Part shown: positions 58,467 to 64,000 of the stretch, piece after piece | Numbering within the stretch: the stretch's first letter is position 1 | Layout: every line of letters starts with the position of its first letter | DNA from: an uncultured Gammaproteobacteria bacterium | GTDB taxonomy: Bacteria > Patescibacteriota > Microgenomatia > PFEM01 > DATLAM01 | Direction: 5' to 3' | Length of the DNA: 64,000 nucleotides | Assembly: GCA_964566925.1 (NCBI GenBank) | Contig: CAZMIZ010000001.1 | Location: 71,248-135,247, forward strand | Program-made: the position numbers and the translations under genes | Notes under the pieces: model-generated | Told to the model about the DNA's origin: nothing | What the model saw: only the letters and a program-made list of their open reading frames with translations | Databases searched by the model: none

Positions 58467-60287
58467 ATGAACCTTGTGCTTGGTATTCTAACTCATCTTA
58501 ACCCTCCCCAGCAAGAAGCGGTGACTCACAAAGAAGGCCCGCTTCTGATTCTAGCTGGGGCTGGTTCAGGTAAAACCCGGGCCTTATCCTACCGGGTAGC
58601 CTATCTTATCAAAAAGGAAAAAATTAATCCAGAAAATATCCTTCTGGTAACTTTCACTAATAAGGCTGCTAACGAAATGAAAGAAAGAGTTAAAAACCTC
58701 GCTGGCCTTGTCCCTCCTTTAACCGGGACCTTTCATTCTTTTTGTGCCAAAATCTTAAGACGAGAGGGAAAACATGTCGGGATCCCCCCGGGTTATTTAA
58801 TTTATGATGAGGCTGATCAGCTAGACACGATTAAGTTGGCTTTTGAGAAGCTGGATATTTCGCCTAAGTATTTTAAACCGGCCTCGGTTCTAACGACCAT
58901 TTCTCAAGCTAAAAACGAGCTTATTTCTTCGACTGAATACCCTCAGTATGCCCAGGGTCATTTTCAAAAAACGGTTGCCAGAGTTTATCTTACTTATCAA
59001 CAGTTTCTCAAGCAATATGAGGCTTTGGATTTTGACGATTTACTCTTCGAAACAGTCAGGCTTTTTCAAAAGGAAGGCCAAGTTTTGGGAAAATACCAAA
59101 ATCGATTCAGATATATTTTGGTTGATGAATATCAGGATACTAACCGAGCCCAATATGTCTTAACCAAACTTTTAGCCAAAAGGTGGCGCAATCTTTGTGT
59201 TGTTGGGGATGCCTCTCAAGCCATTTACGGATGGCGGGGGGCTGATTACCGCAACCTTCTCAATCTTAAAAATGATTTTCGGGATCTAAAAATTGTGAAT
59301 TTAGAGCAAAATTATCGTTCAACTCAGACAATCTTGGATGGAGCCCGGGCCGTCATCTCCCAAAACACCACTCATCCTATCTTAGAGCTTTGGACCAAGA
59401 AAAAAGGCGGCGAAAAAATTGGTCTCTATGAAGCTAAAAGCGAGCTCGACGAAGCCGCTTTCGTCGTTAAAATCATCACGGGGCAAAAATTAACTAAGGG
59501 GACTAAATATTCCGACTTCGCTATTCTTTATCGGACTAACGCCCAATCGCGGGTTTTAGAAGAAGCCTTCTTACACGCCGGCATTCCTTATATTCTCGTC
59601 GGCGGGGTTCGCTTTTATGAAAGAAAGGAAATCAAGGATTGTCTCGCCTATCTTAGGCTTTTAGCTAATCCTAAAGATCAAGTCTCTTATAAGAGAATCG
59701 AAAAACTAGGGAAGGGGCGACTCAAGAAATTCTTAGATTTTGCTAAAAAATTCAATCCTAAAAAGTCTTCGACCATCAAAACCTTAGATAAAGTTCTTAA
59801 GGCCGCTGATTACCTTGATCTTTACGACCCTGAGAACGAAAAGGATTTAGCCCGACTGGAAAATATCAAGGAATTACGGTCGGTGGCCACGGAACTCGCT
59901 GATTTGACCCAGTTTTTAGAAAATGTGGCTTTAGTGGAACAAGAATATTTACCAGAACATCCGGCTAATCTGGCAGTTGGCGGGAAAAAGAAGAAAGAGG
60001 CAGTCACCCTGATGACCGCCCACGGAGCCAAAGGTTTGGAATTTCCCATCATTTTTATGGTGGGTATGGAGGAAGGTTTATTCCCCCACTCAAAGAGTAT
60101 GATGGAAAAGGATGAGCTAGAAGAAGAACGAAGGCTTTGTTATGTCGGGATGACTCGAGCTAAAGATAAACTCTATCTGACCTATGCTCGGCGCCGACTC
60201 TATTTTGGCCAGCGGACTAGTAACCCCATCTCGCGCTTTATTGCTGATATTCCTGAGCGCCTTCTTGAGGCCCACTCTGTAGCTTGA
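58467..60287 (+). CDS. pcrA: UvrD/PcrA SF1 helicase
   Basis: AGAGSGKT, TFTNKAA, DEYQD, YRTNAQSR, EERRLCYVGMTRA. Confidence 0.95.
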   Translation: MNLVLGILTHLNPPQQEAVTHKEGPLLILAGAGSGKTRALSYRVAYLIKKEKINPENILLVTFTNKAANEMKERVKNLAGLVPPLTGTFHSFCAKILRREGKHVGIPPGYLIYDEADQLDTIKLAFEKLDISPKYFKPASVLTTISQAKNELISSTEYPQYAQGHFQKTVARVYLTYQQFLKQYEALDFDDLLFETVRLFQKEGQVLGKYQNRFRYILVDEYQDTNRAQYVLTKLLAKRWRNLCVVGDASQAIYGWRGADYRNLLNLKNDFRDLKIVNLEQNYRSTQTILDGARAVISQNTTHPILELWTKKKGGEKIGLYEAKSELDEAAFVVKIITGQKLTKGTKYSDFAILYRTNAQSRVLEEAFLHAGIPYILVGGVRFYERKEIKDCLAYLRLLANPKDQVSYKRIEKLGKGRLKKFLDFAKKFNPKKSSTIKTLDKVLKAADYLDLYDPENEKDLARLENIKELRSVATELADLTQFLENVALVEQEYLPEHPANLAVGGKKKKEAVTLMTAHGAKGLEFPIIFMVGMEEGLFPHSKSMMEKDELEEERRLCYVGMTRAKDKLYLTYARRRLYFGQRTSNPISRFIADIPERLLEAHSVA

Positions 60288-60849
60288 AACTCTCAACCAT
60301 CTTGTCGTAGCCAGGATGATTGAAATGTTCTCCTGAAGGCGTGGCTACCCTGATCAAATCATCTCTGGTCATTACCAGTTCATAAACCTTATCTTTTTGA
60401 CCGAAAAAGATATAGAGAAGGGGGTTGTTTTTGGCTGTTTCTTTTTGGACGAAGCGAATGGCGGGGATTTCATTGATTGTAAAATTTTCCTCCTGAGGCA
60501 CCTCTTTTAAAATCAGGTCTTCGTGGCGAAACCAGGTCAGCCAGTTTCGGACTGACGTTTGGGATTTATTCTCCCAAATCAAAACCTCAAATTGACCCTC
60601 TTGATCGAAAAATTTAGCTTGGTGCCAGATTGAACCATCGGGCACCCTTTTTAAATTAGCCGCTTCTTGGATATCCCATTCTTCAATCTCCCAATCAGCG
60701 GGATACGAAAGCTGGTAGCCATATTTTTGATTAAAAAACTCCTTCCAACCAGGCTGGGGAGTCAAGGTTGGAGAAATTAACGGTCTAGCCACTAAAAAAA
60801 TTAAAGCCAGGCCTAAAAGAATGCCGATAGGAATAATTTTCTTTTTCAC
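60238..60849 (-). CDS. Exported PsbP-like-fold protein
   Basis: TM, YGYQLSYPADW, DKMVESFK; GTG overlaps the upstream stop. Confidence 0.65.
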   Translation of the reverse strand: MKKKIIPIGILLGLALIFLVARPLISPTLTPQPGWKEFFNQKYGYQLSYPADWEIEEWDIQEAANLKRVPDGSIWHQAKFFDQEGQFEVLIWENKSQTSVRNWLTWFRHEDLILKEVPQEENFTINEIPAIRFVQKETAKNNPLLYIFFGQKDKVYELVMTRDDLIRVATPSGEHFNHPGYDKMVESFKLQSGPQEGAQEYQQ

Positions 60850-61301
60850 TTCGAGATCGTTCCTAAGAGGGTGATACCCTGACACTCGCCACTACAACAA
60901 AAAGCTTGAGTGTAAAAAGAACATGGCGGACAAAAAGTCTGACGACAATCTCTTGGTTTTAAGTGGCGGTAGTCTCGTTTTGATTCATAAATTATCAACC
61001 TGGGATCACTGGCCACTACCTCTTTTAAATAGCCTTTAGGACAATCACAGCATTGATCGATCCTGATCGCCAAAAGACAATCACTCTTCGCCTGACAAAA
61101 CGGAAGCGGTTTAAGGTTTAAACTGAAAGGGATTTGAGGCCAAAAAACCAAAAGAAGGGCACCAACAACAGAAATGAAAGCTAAAATCATTTCTACTAAT
61201 AAAAGCGCTTTAATGAGGGGAGTGTGGGGAGCTTTAAGGCTAAAATCAATCGGCAGAAGACGACTATCAAAAGGCAACCAGCTAATGGGTTTCTCTCTCA
61301 T
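60846..61301 (-). CDS. Membrane-anchored Cys-rich protein
   Basis: TM followed by CQAKSDC...CCDC...C...CPPC...CCSGEC. Confidence 0.7.
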   Translation of the reverse strand: MREKPISWLPFDSRLLPIDFSLKAPHTPLIKALLLVEMILAFISVVGALLLVFWPQIPFSLNLKPLPFCQAKSDCLLAIRIDQCCDCPKGYLKEVVASDPRLIIYESKRDYRHLKPRDCRQTFCPPCSFYTQAFCCSGECQGITLLGTISK

Positions 61302-61328
61302 CCTCTTTATGATACCATAAAAAGAGAA

Positions 61329-62360
61329 ATGCTCGTCAGGGAAGTCCAAGAGAAAGAAAAAAAGCGGTTCAATCAGGTGGCGACCCACCCCCTTCAATCT
61401 TGGGAGTGGGGCGAATTTCGGGAAAAAACCGGTAAAAAAGTCATTCGGCTAGGCCTCTTTGACGAAACAAAATTAAAAGCAGGCTATCAATTAACCGTCC
61501 ATCCCCTGCCTAAAACTGGCTACAATTTGCTTTATTTCCCTAAAGGCCCTATCCCTAACAAAATCATGCTCGAAACTCTAACTAAAGTGGGCCAGCAAGA
61601 ACAGGCCGTTCTCGTGAAGATGGAGCCCAATGTTGGTCGACCTCTAAGCCAAAGTCCTAGTGCCTTTAAAGAAATCCGAAACTTTCTCCTTGAAAATAGT
61701 TGTCGTCCAGGCCAACCCCTCTTTACCCCTTATACTTTTCGGCTTGATTTAACTAAAAAAGAAGAGGATCTTTTGGCGGCCATGAAGTCTAAAACTCGCT
61801 ACAATCTCCGCCTCTCCCAAAAACACGGGGTAGAAGTGATAGAAGATAATTCTCGAGAAGCCTTTGAAATTTATTTGAAGTTAATGATGGAAACTACCCA
61901 AAGACAAAAATTCTTTGCCCACACTCTAGATTACCACCGAAAAATGTGGGCGACACTTAACCCGGCCGGTATCGCCCATCTTCTTTTGGCTAAATGTAAG
62001 AATAAGGTCCTGGTAGCCTGGATTTTATTTACCTTCAACAAGGTCCTTTATTATCCTTACGGGGCTTCAACCAGAGAGCTTCGGGAAACGATGCCCTCCT
62101 ACGCAATGATGTGGCAAGCAATTAAGTTCGGCCAAAAAATGGGTTGCGAAACCTTTGATCTTTGGGGAACGCCTGGGCCGGACCCGAACCCTAAAGACCC
62201 CTGGTTTGGTTTTCACCGCTTCAAGCTCGGATTTGGGGCCCAGCTGATTGAATTCTTGGGCACTTGGGATCTCGTTATTAACCCCTACTTCTATCCTCTC
62301 TATAATCTGGCTAACAATCTTCGCTGGAAATTCTTGCGCCTGAAGTCTCGATTAATCTAA
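61329..62360 (+). CDS. FemAB/FemX-family peptidoglycan aminoacyltransferase
   Basis: HPLQSWEWG, PKGP, KSKTRYN, YPYGAS, FDLWG, GFHRFKLGFG. Confidence 0.92.
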   Translation: MLVREVQEKEKKRFNQVATHPLQSWEWGEFREKTGKKVIRLGLFDETKLKAGYQLTVHPLPKTGYNLLYFPKGPIPNKIMLETLTKVGQQEQAVLVKMEPNVGRPLSQSPSAFKEIRNFLLENSCRPGQPLFTPYTFRLDLTKKEEDLLAAMKSKTRYNLRLSQKHGVEVIEDNSREAFEIYLKLMMETTQRQKFFAHTLDYHRKMWATLNPAGIAHLLLAKCKNKVLVAWILFTFNKVLYYPYGASTRELRETMPSYAMMWQAIKFGQKMGCETFDLWGTPGPDPNPKDPWFGFHRFKLGFGAQLIEFLGTWDLVINPYFYPLYNLANNLRWKFLRLKSRLI

Positions 62361-62361
62361 A

Positions 62362-63183
62362 ATGGTTGATCTCAGACAGTCCCGGGAATACGCTCGCTAT
62401 CTGGCCCTCTTAGGCTGGATTGTCGAAAAGGCCGGCGGAAACTATTTCTATCTTCGCCGAATTCCCTTAACTCCTTTTTCAATTATTAAAGTCCAACGAC
62501 CCAGGAAAATCTCTTCTGAAAAAATTGATCAGCTGGCCAGAAAATATCGCGCTCTTACCGTTTATTTAGAACCAGACGTCAGCAAAACTAAAAATTGGAA
62601 ATTGGAAATTGAAAATTATAACTACCGCCTCGGGAAATCGCCTTTTCTCCCCACCAAAACTATCCAGCTTGATTTAACCCAATCAGAAGAAAAAATCTTG
62701 GCCCAAATGAAAAAAGATGCCAGATACAGCCTTAGGAAAGCAACAAAACTAGACATTAGAATACTAAGATTTAAGGAGATTGGGAAATTTTATCAAGCCT
62801 GGAAAAAATCGGTCAGCTGGCGAAGACATGTGCCCTCCTTAAAATCTCTTCAAGCTTTGAAAAGAGCCTTCGGCCAAAAAGCAATTTTCTTAACCACCGA
62901 TTTCCTGGCTGGCACAGTCGTCTTGATAGCTAATAAAAGCGCCTCCTATTTCTACGCCTTTACCTCAAAAAAGGGGCGGGAAAATTTTGCTCAATATCGG
63001 TTAGTTTGGGAAGCAATCAAGTTAGCTAAGAAACAAAGTTGTCAAATCTTTGATTTTGAGGGCATTTACGACAATCGCTTTCCCCAAAACTCATGGCAAG
63101 GCTTTTCTCATTTCAAAAAAAGTTTTGGAGGGAAAGAAATAAAGTACCCAGGGTGTTTAATAAAATACAGATTCCCTTTTTAA
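62362..63183 (+). CDS. Second FemAB-family GNAT protein
   Basis: DLRQS, MKKDARY, FDFEG, GFSHFKKSFGG. Confidence 0.85.
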   Translation: MVDLRQSREYARYLALLGWIVEKAGGNYFYLRRIPLTPFSIIKVQRPRKISSEKIDQLARKYRALTVYLEPDVSKTKNWKLEIENYNYRLGKSPFLPTKTIQLDLTQSEEKILAQMKKDARYSLRKATKLDIRILRFKEIGKFYQAWKKSVSWRRHVPSLKSLQALKRAFGQKAIFLTTDFLAGTVVLIANKSASYFYAFTSKKGRENFAQYRLVWEAIKLAKKQSCQIFDFEGIYDNRFPQNSWQGFSHFKKSFGGKEIKYPGCLIKYRFPF

Positions 63184-64000
63184 CTCCAGGCTTCGCAAAG
63201 AAGACGGAAATCGCACCAATCGCACCAGATTCCGGGGGTGGGTTCAAACTTGCTTTTTTCAATCTCTTTAGCCTTCTCTGCCAGGTCTTTTTTAGCTTTT
63301 TTAAGTTGTTCTCCTGTTCTTTTGGTTGATTTTTTCTCGCCGGGATCCAAATAATAGAAAGTCAGAACCACCGCCTCTGGATTTTTATTATAAATGCCTG
63401 GGTCAGTCGCCGCTAAAGCATAAACAGTCATTTGCAAGGAATTATCCACTGTTTTCTGATCCATCACTCTGCCGGTTTTATAATCAATAATTTCTAGCTG
63501 GCCGTTTTTTTCATCAACCCGGTCAATTTTCCCGCCAATCCTAAGTTTAGGACTAACCCGGATGATAAAGGGTTGCTCTAAGTCACGAGGAACTACTTTA
63601 GCATCAAATTTTTTATAAAAATCTGAGAGCATTCTTTGGCCTTGTTTTTTCATCCGCTCCTCGTGGGCCTTGCTGGCATAACCTTCTGGTACCCAATTAA
63701 CCTTAAGCAGGCTTAAAAGATCTTTTTTGGTTAATTTTTTTCCCTTGGCACGTGGAGAAACTTTACGTGCTTCAATTAACTCTTGGTAAAAATCTCGCAA
63801 AGTTTTATGGATTGAAGTGCCAAAACTGGCGGCCGCTGAAGGCGGGACCGGAATCCGCTGGAGATAGCGAAAACGATAGCGACGAGGGCAAGTATCAAAG
63901 GTATCAATTTGAGAAAAAGATAGGTAATTAATTGGCTGGCGAATCGCCCCCTCTTGCTCTTTAATCGGCGCTTGCCAAGACAGAAGGGAAAGTTGGTCTT
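63180..64000 (-). CDS. C-terminal PD-(D/E)XK (AddB/RecB-like, Fe-S staple) nuclease domain of a longer protein; runs off right edge
   Basis: Frame open to the edge: YLSFSQIDTFDTCP...FGTSIH...GKIDRVD...IIDYKTG...QMTVY...CDWCDFRLLC. Confidence 0.88.
   Translation of the reverse strand, partial: DQLSLLSWQAPIKEQEGAIRQPINYLSFSQIDTFDTCPRRYRFRYLQRIPVPPSAAASFGTSIHKTLRDFYQELIEARKVSPRAKGKKLTKKDLLSLLKVNWVPEGYASKAHEERMKKQGQRMLSDFYKKFDAKVVPRDLEQPFIIRVSPKLRIGGKIDRVDEKNGQLEIIDYKTGRVMDQKTVDNSLQMTVYALAATDPGIYNKNPEAVVLTFYYLDPGEKKSTKRTGEQLKKAKKDLAEKAKEIEKSKFEPTPGIWCDWCDFRLLCEAWS

Noticed and set aside
1-64000. Alternative genetic code (TGA=Gly, as in Gracilibacteria)
   Set aside because: Conserved genes are uninterrupted under code 11, and several (fusA, rpoB, pnp, infB) end at TGA

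Overview
64-kb chromosomal window from a small-genome bacterium, inferred to be Patescibacteria/CPR (Microgenomates-like) from its minimal IF2/AlaRS/HrcA, missing rimP/rbfA/truB, and many apparently leaderless genes. The left ~39 kb is minus-strand housekeeping: rplC, rpsJ-tuf-fusA-rpsG-rpsL-rpoC-rpoB, mltG, yqgF, sortase, alaS, ftsK, udg, a Lon-like ATPase, pnp, rpsO, infB, nusA and dnaJ-dnaK-grpE-hrcA with CIRCE. A ~4.2-kb island of small membrane proteins splits rpsJ from rplC. It is bounded by a perfect 18-bp direct repeat and lies next to a synonymous duplicate of the rpsJ 3' end. The right ~25 kb is a cell-envelope locus. It holds a glycoside hydrolase-dockerin / cohesin / cohesin-LPEAG / GH39 operon (the best candidate for an undescribed sortase-anchored cohesin-dockerin surface system), murJ, pilNO, Pro/Thr-rich surface proteins with shared export and sorting motifs, three GT-C glycosyltransferases, LCP, UvrD and two FemAB-family genes. 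Other notable signals are an EF-G with NKxN and altered G5 motifs, a substituted RpoB rifampicin pocket, attenuator-like leaders before rplC, rpoB and nusA, and in-frame palindromic insertions. No rRNA, tRNA, CRISPR array or integrase was recognised. All family calls come from motif recognition by eye, without database searches.
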